DNA of 55,116 nt from a virus (taxonomy: Duplodnaviria > Caudoviricetes). How positions within the stretch are numbered: the first letter of the stretch is position 1; every line of letters starts with the position of its first letter. This document shows, piece after piece, positions 6,847 to 16,282 of this stretch. The stretch lies in IMG/VR virus record IMGVR_UViG_3300020325_000019, positions 1 to 55,116 of that record; one strand, written 5' to 3'. The notes beneath the pieces are model-generated. The model was not told the origin of the DNA, did no database searches, and saw only the letters and a list, made by a program, of their open reading frames with translations. Position numbers and translations under genes: made by a program.

Positions 6847-9800
6847 ATGCAAAGAACTGCTAATCAAATCTCATTTCTGGTAGAATCGCAACTTCCAGAT
6901 TTCATCAACGAAGAGTATGAACTTTTTAGTAAGTTCGTACAAAAATACTATGAGCAATTAGAGCTTCAGGGACAACCGTTGGATATTATTAATAATATCC
7001 AGACATATCGAGATATTGATTTTTACGAGAAAAATATTCTCAATCAATCTACTACGTTGTCTTCATTCAGTCAAAAAAGTGATACTACAATTACTGTAGC
7101 GGATGCAACGTCTTTTCCACAAAACGGTGGATATATCAAGATTGAAGATGAGATTTGTTTTTATAAGCAAAGAACAGATACCCAATTTTTAGAAGTTAGT
7201 CGTGGTGTGAGTGGAAACACTACACTCGGTGATTTGTATCATAACAGCAATTTTGTATCTACTATTGCAGCAGACCATGTTGCTGGGGTTTCAGTACATA
7301 ACATTAGTAATCTATTTTTATACTCTTTAGTAAAAAGTTTTGAGAAACAGTACCTTAGTGATTTTCCTGAAGCATATTTACAAGGAGATGTTGATAAGAG
7401 GACTTTAATCAAGAATATTACAACTTTCTATCAATCTAAAGGCACTGACAATTCTATTAAGTTTTTATTCAAATGCCTAATTAATGATGATCCAAATCCA
7501 GAGATTGAATATCCTAGAGAGTTTACACTTAAGAACTCGGATTCAAATTGGATAAATGTATATGCACTAAAAGCAAAAATTATTTCTGGCAATCCTAACG
7601 ATTTAATAGGAAAAGAAATCGTTCAAAACGTAGATGGGGACTACGCTTCTGCTGTTGTAGATAACGTCAAATTTTCTGGAAGGTATGATGGTGAAGATCT
7701 TTATGAATTGATCTTAGCAGAGCAAAGTGTTAATGGTACGTTCTCTATTGCATCAAAAACTGTTCTTACGGAAAGTATCGACGCATCTTTAGTATCTGGT
7801 GACAGAATTAATGTATTCTCTACATGTGCATGGGACAAGAAAGGAGAATTTAAAATTGGAAATGAGATTTTTACATTTGAAGATAAGAATGTAAATCAGT
7901 TTATTCTCAAATCTCGCAGTGGAACGGGATCTTATCCATCTGGTAGTGAGGTGACATTTGGTGCCAACGTTTCTGGTGCTGGTGTTAATATTCTTGTATA
8001 TGGCGTTTTATATGGATTGCAGAATAACACTACGTCGCCATATTCAAACCCAGGGGAATCTGTTGAAGTTTCTGAGTCAGGATTTCTCACAAATGATGTA
8101 AGAATTGTAGATGATCAAAATAATTTAAGATGGTCTCTATCTTCGTCAATTCCGTTTTCATCAAATAATGCTGGATTGAGTGCTACTATTGCAGAATTAA
8201 ATTCAGATGTTTCTGCAATTTTTGAGGATGAAACAGGATATTATATTTCATCTTCTGGATTCCCATCTCATGATATTGTTGCTTCTAATGTAACTATTCC
8301 CAGTGATGTTCAAGATCAAAAACTTTTAAAGATTATTAGAAAATCTCCAATTCAAACGACGGAGATTTATGAAACAAAATATAGAGATGTTGGTATTTCT
8401 TTAAACGGAATTCCATATCTTTCATACAAAGACGAAGAATTTATTCTATCTGGTCCGATTCAAGAAATTGCAGTTGACACTAGAGGAAACGGTTATCAAA
8501 AAGCACCTTTTGTGTTAATTGATAGTGTTCCTAATCTAGCAAGAGCAAACCTTGCTGGTCAAGTGGTGGAATCTGTAACTTTAGATACTCCAGGAAATTA
8601 TACAAGTACTCCAAGTGTTGAAATTGTATCTGGTAGAAACGGTCAAGCAAGAGCGATTGTAACTAATGGTGAGATTACCAGTATTGTTGTAGAAAACGCT
8701 GGTGAATATTACTCTTCTGCTCCAGAAGTAAGAATAACAGATAGTGCTGGTAAGGGAAGATTTGCAGATTATACTGCTATTGTTTCTACTGCTGGAGAAA
8801 TTACTGGATTTGAAAAAATTAATGGAGGAAGTTCATACACTTCAGAAAATGTAGTTGTAGATATCATTTCTGCTGGAGCAGGAGCAACTGCAACTGCATC
8901 AATTAAAAAATGGAGAAAAGATAGATTTAACAAAAATCAATCTTTATTAGATTCTGATAATGGATATTTTTTCAAAAACTATGTTAATTCTCGTGGACAT
9001 GGATATGCATACTATGGTCCACCAGTTACGCTGAGGGCAAATGACAATGGATCTTCACACTCTCCTATTTTGGGATTTGCTTATGATGGCAATCCCATTT
9101 ATGGTCCTTATGGTTTTTCTGACTCTGTAGACCCACAAAGTTCTGTTACTAGAATGACAACCAGTTATTCTAAAAATATTTCTAGAAGTTTGGGTCCAAA
9201 TGTATCAACATATCCTTTAGGGTCGTTTATTGATGATTATACGTATGTCGATAAATTGGGATCTCTAGATGAAAATAATGGTAGATTTTGTGTAACACCA
9301 GAATTTCCAAACGGAACATATGCTTACTTTATGACAGTAAGTGCAACCAATGTTCCTGAGTTTCCTTACATTGTTGGAAAAAATTATTATTCACTTCCAT
9401 TAGATTCAAATTACAATTCGGCAATCTCTCAAGATGATTTACCTAAGTTTGCTAGAAGATTGAGAACATCTGATATTCCTTCTAATGGATCATCCGCAAT
9501 TTCAAAAATTGAAGATGTCATTGGAGGAAGTGTTTCTTCAGCAACTGTTTATGACAGCACACCAGTTTATTCTGTAGGATCTAAATTAATTGTTGATAGT
9601 GAATTGACAGGAGGATCTGATGCTGAAGCTGAAGTAGATTCAGTAATAGGAAAAAATGTAGTTTCTTTAGAATCACAACAGACAAAATCTTTGTTGGTTC
9701 AATTAAAACAAAATGCATACTTGTTTGATGGTGATACTATTACTCAATCAAATACAGGAGCAACAGGATTTATTGTTGGAGATGTATTTACTTCTAATAA

Positions 9801-12800
9801 ATTTGTACTTAGAAGTGTTACTGGCAATTTTAACACAACGGATACTTTGTCATCAAACACAGATGTTGTATCTTTAATACTAGATCAAAATTCATCATAC
9901 ACTAAAGGAGCAATTTTGTCCCTTGGCGATGGTCTAACTCCACCCGTTGCGACAGGTGAAATTCTTGAAGAAACTAACTCACAAAATTCTGTTAAAATTA
10001 AAATCTTAACAGGTACATTCACACCTAACGACAATTTATTTTTATCAAGTTCTAACTTAATTAATACTACTGGTTCTAAGATTTTTTCTACAACTTCTTT
10101 GAGTAGTGGATTACCTATTTTCAAAGTTGATAACAACATCGCATTATTAAAAACTGCTAATGCACATGGTGTTGGTATCGGAGAAAATATCAATGTTGAC
10201 ATTTTTCCAGATGATTCTGTGACAACTACAACATATTATGTAAGAAAAAGAATTTATCAAGAAACACTCCTACAAACTCCTGGTGTTGAACGAACCTTAA
10301 CTGACACTGGAATTGGAAGAATTGACATTCTTAACAGTGGAGAAGATTATACACAGAATACATACAACGATATCGCTTTAGTTGGTGGCAGTGGTCAAGA
10401 TGCAAAAGCTACCATAGTAGTTAATTCATCTGGAAATGTATCTGAAGTAACTATTACGGACAAAGGATCTGGTTATCAAAAATTTGATGTATTAACAGTT
10501 GGAGAAACTTCATTAGGAAAAACTGATTTAAGTACACCAGATTTACAAATCAGTGTCGATCATGTTGGACTTTCATTACAGAATGCTGTTCTAAATGTCG
10601 ATAGTGGTATTGGAATTACAACCGATGATCATTTAATTATTGGCGAAGAAATTGTCAAGGTTGTTTCTAGAACAGATAACAAAATTACAGTTCAGAGAGC
10701 ACAGAAAGGAACAACAGCAGTGGATCACTTTAATAGTGCATCTATTTCTTTGTATGATCCTGGTTACAATTTAAGTGTTGGTTATCAACTAGGAACAACG
10801 ACTAAAGATCCTGTCATTGCTTCATATGATCCTTCTACGCAGAAAGCAGTATTCGTTTATGACTATAGTGAATCTTTATCGTCAATTAATGAATTGGCAT
10901 TAAGTACTGTATTTTTTGATCAGAGTGTGGATCAAAGATTGGTCAAGTTTTCGTCAGTTTCAGATCCAGTAATATATTTTGAATTTTCAGACGACAATAC
11001 TACATTTATTCGTAATCCAATTATTGACATTAAGAAATTCTACAAGTATGATTTTGATGTATCGCATTCATCAATGTCTGATGTCAACTTCAATGTCTCT
11101 CCAAGTATCAATTTAAATCTAATTACTACAGAAAAAATTGATCGTGGAAACATTGTTGATTTGAAAGTAGGTTTTGGATCTAGAATTAATTCAAATAATT
11201 ATAGCAAAAAGAAAGATATACAATATTCAAGATATTTTTACTTTGATAAGAATGGTATTGTTTCTTCCGAGGGTTCGTATTTTAATTTAATTGATGACCC
11301 ACTACAAGGAGAAAAAACACCTTTATATGTAACTCCCGATTCAATTGCATATTCAACTACAACTAAAGCACCACATGATGGAAGTGGTACTATTGTTTAT
11401 ACAACCAAATCTAATTTTTCTGTTGGTAAAATCAATACAGTAAAAATTACTAATATTGGTGGAAATTATAAAAAAATTCCTATTGTTCGAGGTGCAGTTC
11501 CAGCAGTGCCTGCACAAGCAGTAGCTACTATTAAAGATGGGAGAATTTTTAGTGTAACAGTAACAGATGGTGGCAGTGATTATGTAAATCCCATTATTGT
11601 GGTTGATGGTAATGCAAAACTTAGTGCAGTTGTAGATTCTGGTAGAATTACTGGGGTCACTATTGATAATTTTGGTTCTGGTTATACTGATATTCCTAAT
11701 ATTACAATTGCAGAATCTGAATTAGATTGTTTCCTTAATAGCATTGACATTGGCACACCAAGAAATACAAAGGTTATTGCTAATGGTGGTGGATTCTACA
11801 ACGATCAAACACTGAGATCATCTTTTAGGTCTAATTATATTTTTACAGTATCGTCCTTCGCGAAAGGTGCATTTATTGTAGGAGAAACAATTATTCAGAA
11901 GATTGGATCTAAAGAAGTTGCTAGAGCTAGAGTTTCTTCATGGAGAGAGGGATCTAATATCCTATCTGTTGACAGAGTTACTGGTATTTTTAGAGAAGGT
12001 ATTACTATCACTGGGTTGTCAAGAAGTAAAACTGCAGTTTTAGATTCTATTAATTATACAGAGTTTTCTTCTTCTATCAGATCTTACTATGACAACATGG
12101 GTTATTATCAATCTGATTATGGAAAACTGAGCGACTCCAATCAGAGAATTCACGACTCATTTTATTATCAAGATTATTCATATTTGATTAAATCAAAAAC
12201 TCCAATTAATGTTTGGAGAGATCTAATAAAAGAAACGACTCACCCTGCTGGGTTTAAATTATTTGGAGAAATTGATATTGAGACATCATCCCATGCAAGG
12301 ATGAGTGATAATGCATTTACGAAAGGAACTAGTGTCATTCAACTATGGAATTCCGAAGTAAATAAAGTTACTGTAGAAAGCACTAGAAAAAATATTACAC
12401 AGAACATAGTTCTGATGAAGAACCTCAATATCGAAAAGGGTGTTGGTTCTGTATCTGTAAACACTACAAATAACTCAGAAATTAGAGCGAAAGAAGTATT
12501 CTTAAATGCAGAATTTGATGGAAGTTTTTCTGATAGAGGAAACTTAACAGGTACTACTGTTTTTAACATGGTAGATTCCAATGGTAATTCTGTCAAACCA
12601 TACAATAATCAATCTCTAACAATTACATTAGATGCTATAATCCAAGAACCTGGAATCTCATATACCATACAAGATGATAAGATTACATTTGCTGAACCTC
12701 CACTAGGTCCGTCAGTAAAGGATGGTCAAACAGTTCCTGGTGTTACATTTTATGGCAGATTATTTGAGTTTAAGACAAATTCCTTAAACCAAAAATATCT

Positions 12801-15800
12801 CAGAAAAATTAGAAATATCTTCCAAAGAAGTGGAACTTGGATTGATGCGGCAAATCAACTTGGCAGAAACAGAAGATTTATTCAATCGGAAACCTTAGGA
12901 TATGTCAAAGAGAAGCACCCAACATTAACTTGGGGAACATTAGAATCTAAGTGTTATCGTGATATTGGTTTAATTATTGATGCTCTAGAGCATGATTTAA
13001 GATTTGGCGGAAATCAAAAAACTATTTTCGCTGTGGAGTCATATTTTAGACATGGAGTTCTTGATTACATTTCTGGCGAAATTGAAGCAACTATAGACGC
13101 ATTTGCTTTTGTTGCTAGATTGTCTAAACTGGCAATGAGGAATTGGGATTTCATTGACCGACAAACATCTTGGACGCTAGGAACCAATGAGATTACTGTC
13201 AGTGATACTGATAATATCACAGTCGGTATGAGAATATCCTCGGGAAGGTCTTTCCCCTCTGATACGAAAGTTACAGAAATTATTAATAATAGAACTATCA
13301 GAGTTAATAATAATTCGTTGCTGCAAGGTGACAATAATCAGATGACTTTTATTTGGAGTGGTATTAATACAGGATTCTTTGTCGATGCTGCAGAATTAAT
13401 TGAGAAAAACAGAGACGTAATGATCTCTTCTACGATTGATGCAATTGATGCTGAGTATCCAGGTCTTAATGCCAACAATTATCCATCTAAATGCTCCAGA
13501 GATTTAGGACTCCTTATTGATGCAGTTAAATCATGTTTAATATATGGAGGTAATAGAAAGATTGTAGAGTTTGGTGAAAGTTATTTTGTCAATAGCGAAT
13601 TGACTTTTATTAATAATGAATTAACTCAAACCTTATTTGCACACAAGCATTTAAGAGATCAGATGATTCTTGCTATGAGAAATCAAGGAGCAGTTACTGA
13701 TAGTAATGTAACATCTGATAATGTCAATCCAGAATGCGCCGAAGTAGAGAGCAGCATTACAACTTATATTGATATCGTCGAGAATCTTTTGGAGGGTGGT
13801 CCCAATAGAGTTGCTATTGTGGAAGCAAATGAAAATTCTAGAGGAAACTGGACAACTTTAAGATCATACTCCAATATCAATATTCTTCCAGATCCCGAAT
13901 TGGTTAGTGGTGTATTTAAGGAATGTGAAGAAGTTGCATCGGCTATTGATTCATTATATGAAAATATAAGGGAAACACTCATTACTGGCGAAGGAACGTC
14001 TGCTGTCAGTTATGCTGATTATATTGATAATGAAAACAAGATATTTGAACTTTATTATGAAGATGGCACACCGTTAGATACTGATTTAAATGAAGATCTA
14101 TTCATTGGGTTAAATGGTGTATTACAACACGACTCTGCATATTATATTGATAGAACTGCAGTTCCAAATAAAGTCGTATTTGCATCTCCACCAATTTGGG
14201 CGCAAGGGGAAAACACTAAAACTGTACAAGAACCACTGGCAGTAGAGAAGTTTTTTGCACATAGTGTAGGCAACTATACAAGATGTGAAATTGATACGTC
14301 TGGTATTTTGAAAGGATCACCAGGACCTTTCCTGATTATAGAATCCGAGACAGACAAAGTTAACTCAATAAACGATCCAAGATTTGCATATGTTTTCATT
14401 GATGGAATTTTGCAAAGAGAAGGCATTTCATATGTGATAACTGGTCCAAGTATTAGATTTACTAGAAATATTTTTATTGACAATAATGTAGAGATTATTC
14501 TTCTTTATGGAAGAGACATTGATCAAACTATTACATTGTATGATTTTGAAAGAAATTCTTACTACAATAAATTAACACTTACATGTGATGCAGGATCAGC
14601 AAATGATTTTACAGATTGGAAATCTTGGTATGGAAATTCATATGATGGATATCAAGTTGCTTATCAAAAAGTAAATGGTACTAAGAGATTTATTGGTAGT
14701 GTTAAGGGTTATACAACAACAAATCAATCATTAATAATTACCTTTGCTGGTATAAACCCAAATCTAGACAATTCTTCGATTTTCTTCTCAGGAACAAGTG
14801 ATTATAATGATGAATATGAATTGGATTTCACAACAAACATCATTTCTATTTCTAGAGATGAAGATCAGAATTATAAAATGCAACGAAATTCAACCAAGTG
14901 GTTATATGGAACGAAACTTGCGGAAGAATCGTTCTATGAGAGAAAGAAACTTCTAGCGAATTTAAATGCAGGTGATATTATTAAGATTTCTGGCGAAGAT
15001 GAATTCAGGACTGTGACTGAATTACCTCAATTTGTATCTCCCAAAAATTATATTCCAGGAGCAGATGTATCTAATTCTTTCTTTGGATCTATTACAACTA
15101 CAAATTACAGCGGTGACACCAAGGGTGTTGGTCTAAGTGTTACTTGCTCTATAAGTAATGGAAGTGTTTCTTCTTTAGAATGGAATAGAAAAGATTTACA
15201 GTTGCTGTATGATGAGGGAATTATTCAACCAACTACTGCATATGGTTATGAAACTCCACCAATTTTACATTTTATTCCTGTCGATCAACAGGGTGGAGGT
15301 GCTAGAGCTGAAGTAATTGTATCTCGTGGTCAAATTATTGATATTGTTCTTGTTAATGCTGGTTCAGGATATACAAAATCACCTAAAGTAGTAACTGCAA
15401 GGCAATATGATTTAATCAAACAAAGAGGTAGAAAGTTTGATAGTTTTGTTACATTAAAAATAAGATCTCAAATTGAACAACAATCACCAGTACAAGCGAC
15501 ATCATCATTCCAATTCTCTCAGGATTTTGATAGTACAAGTACATTTGTGTTATCTTCTGCTGTTAGTGTTGACTCTGAATTTGGATTAGAGATCTATAAA
15601 AATCTAAACTTTGCTTCTACATTTACTGTTTCGCAGGAAATTGTATATGACAGAATTAGGTCACAGCAGAGTATTGCTTCACCAACAAGTCAGCAAAATA
15701 CTAATATAATAGTTACTCTTGAATTGGATCAAATTATTGATTCACAACCATCTTTAACTTTTAGTATTGAAGACAGGTACGTTCTTCCGACTTCCATCGG

Positions 15801-16233
15801 AACTATTACCTACACATTTGATCAATATGAATCTGCCAAGTTTATGAACACAGGTGATATTCTTTCTACTGGTGGAGTACCAGTGTCTAAGGTTACTTTA
15901 GAAGAACTTGCGTACTTTGATATTAACTCTGATGGATCTCTTGATGATCCTGATAGACAGTTTATTTTGGCATATCCTTCTATTAACAATTATATTACAC
16001 AGTTAGATACAGATGATTTGCCTGCAGAAGGAGGTACTGGATATCTTCCTACGGGAGCTGTGGTGTATGCAGATACAACCAACTTTGCTTCTGCTGGAAC
16101 TATTCTTATTGGAAAAGAACAAATATCATATACCGATAAAGTAGGCGATCGTTTCATTGATTGCACACGTGGCGTTAATGGTTCTCCCATAACCAGTCAT
16201 GCTATAGGTGATTACATCAGAAACGCCCTATAA
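6847..16233 (+). CDS. gp7: giant baseplate wedge initiator, gp7-like (3128 aa), multidomain
   Basis: Between gp6 and gp8; N-terminal QLPDFINEEY..F..FV..YY, LIKNI..FYQSKGT; later IHDSFYYQDYSY..KS...W...IKETTHPAGFKLFGE. Also carries G-x-G-Y beta repeats, a degenerate YHYH-like domain and KCxRD helical repeats. Confidence 0.85.
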   Translation: MQRTANQISFLVESQLPDFINEEYELFSKFVQKYYEQLELQGQPLDIINNIQTYRDIDFYEKNILNQSTTLSSFSQKSDTTITVADATSFPQNGGYIKIEDEICFYKQRTDTQFLEVSRGVSGNTTLGDLYHNSNFVSTIAADHVAGVSVHNISNLFLYSLVKSFEKQYLSDFPEAYLQGDVDKRTLIKNITTFYQSKGTDNSIKFLFKCLINDDPNPEIEYPREFTLKNSDSNWINVYALKAKIISGNPNDLIGKEIVQNVDGDYASAVVDNVKFSGRYDGEDLYELILAEQSVNGTFSIASKTVLTESIDASLVSGDRINVFSTCAWDKKGEFKIGNEIFTFEDKNVNQFILKSRSGTGSYPSGSEVTFGANVSGAGVNILVYGVLYGLQNNTTSPYSNPGESVEVSESGFLTNDVRIVDDQNNLRWSLSSSIPFSSNNAGLSATIAELNSDVSAIFEDETGYYISSSGFPSHDIVASNVTIPSDVQDQKLLKIIRKSPIQTTEIYETKYRDVGISLNGIPYLSYKDEEFILSGPIQEIAVDTRGNGYQKAPFVLIDSVPNLARANLAGQVVESVTLDTPGNYTSTPSVEIVSGRNGQARAIVTNGEITSIVVENAGEYYSSAPEVRITDSAGKGRFADYTAIVSTAGEITGFEKINGGSSYTSENVVVDIISAGAGATATASIKKWRKDRFNKNQSLLDSDNGYFFKNYVNSRGHGYAYYGPPVTLRANDNGSSHSPILGFAYDGNPIYGPYGFSDSVDPQSSVTRMTTSYSKNISRSLGPNVSTYPLGSFIDDYTYVDKLGSLDENNGRFCVTPEFPNGTYAYFMTVSATNVPEFPYIVGKNYYSLPLDSNYNSAISQDDLPKFARRLRTSDIPSNGSSAISKIEDVIGGSVSSATVYDSTPVYSVGSKLIVDSELTGGSDAEAEVDSVIGKNVVSLESQQTKSLLVQLKQNAYLFDGDTITQSNTGATGFIVGDVFTSNKFVLRSVTGNFNTTDTLSSNTDVVSLILDQNSSYTKGAILSLGDGLTPPVATGEILEETNSQNSVKIKILTGTFTPNDNLFLSSSNLINTTGSKIFSTTSLSSGLPIFKVDNNIALLKTANAHGVGIGENINVDIFPDDSVTTTTYYVRKRIYQETLLQTPGVERTLTDTGIGRIDILNSGEDYTQNTYNDIALVGGSGQDAKATIVVNSSGNVSEVTITDKGSGYQKFDVLTVGETSLGKTDLSTPDLQISVDHVGLSLQNAVLNVDSGIGITTDDHLIIGEEIVKVVSRTDNKITVQRAQKGTTAVDHFNSASISLYDPGYNLSVGYQLGTTTKDPVIASYDPSTQKAVFVYDYSESLSSINELALSTVFFDQSVDQRLVKFSSVSDPVIYFEFSDDNTTFIRNPIIDIKKFYKYDFDVSHSSMSDVNFNVSPSINLNLITTEKIDRGNIVDLKVGFGSRINSNNYSKKKDIQYSRYFYFDKNGIVSSEGSYFNLIDDPLQGEKTPLYVTPDSIAYSTTTKAPHDGSGTIVYTTKSNFSVGKINTVKITNIGGNYKKIPIVRGAVPAVPAQAVATIKDGRIFSVTVTDGGSDYVNPIIVVDGNAKLSAVVDSGRITGVTIDNFGSGYTDIPNITIAESELDCFLNSIDIGTPRNTKVIANGGGFYNDQTLRSSFRSNYIFTVSSFAKGAFIVGETIIQKIGSKEVARARVSSWREGSNILSVDRVTGIFREGITITGLSRSKTAVLDSINYTEFSSSIRSYYDNMGYYQSDYGKLSDSNQRIHDSFYYQDYSYLIKSKTPINVWRDLIKETTHPAGFKLFGEIDIETSSHARMSDNAFTKGTSVIQLWNSEVNKVTVESTRKNITQNIVLMKNLNIEKGVGSVSVNTTNNSEIRAKEVFLNAEFDGSFSDRGNLTGTTVFNMVDSNGNSVKPYNNQSLTITLDAIIQEPGISYTIQDDKITFAEPPLGPSVKDGQTVPGVTFYGRLFEFKTNSLNQKYLRKIRNIFQRSGTWIDAANQLGRNRRFIQSETLGYVKEKHPTLTWGTLESKCYRDIGLIIDALEHDLRFGGNQKTIFAVESYFRHGVLDYISGEIEATIDAFAFVARLSKLAMRNWDFIDRQTSWTLGTNEITVSDTDNITVGMRISSGRSFPSDTKVTEIINNRTIRVNNNSLLQGDNNQMTFIWSGINTGFFVDAAELIEKNRDVMISSTIDAIDAEYPGLNANNYPSKCSRDLGLLIDAVKSCLIYGGNRKIVEFGESYFVNSELTFINNELTQTLFAHKHLRDQMILAMRNQGAVTDSNVTSDNVNPECAEVESSITTYIDIVENLLEGGPNRVAIVEANENSRGNWTTLRSYSNINILPDPELVSGVFKECEEVASAIDSLYENIRETLITGEGTSAVSYADYIDNENKIFELYYEDGTPLDTDLNEDLFIGLNGVLQHDSAYYIDRTAVPNKVVFASPPIWAQGENTKTVQEPLAVEKFFAHSVGNYTRCEIDTSGILKGSPGPFLIIESETDKVNSINDPRFAYVFIDGILQREGISYVITGPSIRFTRNIFIDNNVEIILLYGRDIDQTITLYDFERNSYYNKLTLTCDAGSANDFTDWKSWYGNSYDGYQVAYQKVNGTKRFIGSVKGYTTTNQSLIITFAGINPNLDNSSIFFSGTSDYNDEYELDFTTNIISISRDEDQNYKMQRNSTKWLYGTKLAEESFYERKKLLANLNAGDIIKISGEDEFRTVTELPQFVSPKNYIPGADVSNSFFGSITTTNYSGDTKGVGLSVTCSISNGSVSSLEWNRKDLQLLYDEGIIQPTTAYGYETPPILHFIPVDQQGGGARAEVIVSRGQIIDIVLVNAGSGYTKSPKVVTARQYDLIKQRGRKFDSFVTLKIRSQIEQQSPVQATSSFQFSQDFDSTSTFVLSSAVSVDSEFGLEIYKNLNFASTFTVSQEIVYDRIRSQQSIASPTSQQNTNIIVTLELDQIIDSQPSLTFSIEDRYVLPTSIGTITYTFDQYESAKFMNTGDILSTGGVPVSKVTLEELAYFDINSDGSLDDPDRQFILAYPSINNYITQLDTDDLPAEGGTGYLPTGAVVYADTTNFASAGTILIGKEQISYTDKVGDRFIDCTRGVNGSPITSHAIGDYIRNAL

Positions 16234-16246
16234 ATAAATATAAATA
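16229..16246 (+). promoter_or_regulatory. tandem T4 late promoters
   Basis: TATAAATA at 16229-16236 and again at 16239-16246, upstream of gp8. Confidence 0.85.
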
Positions 16247-16282
16247 ACTCGGATTCAGTCTTACAATATAGAGACAAGTGCT

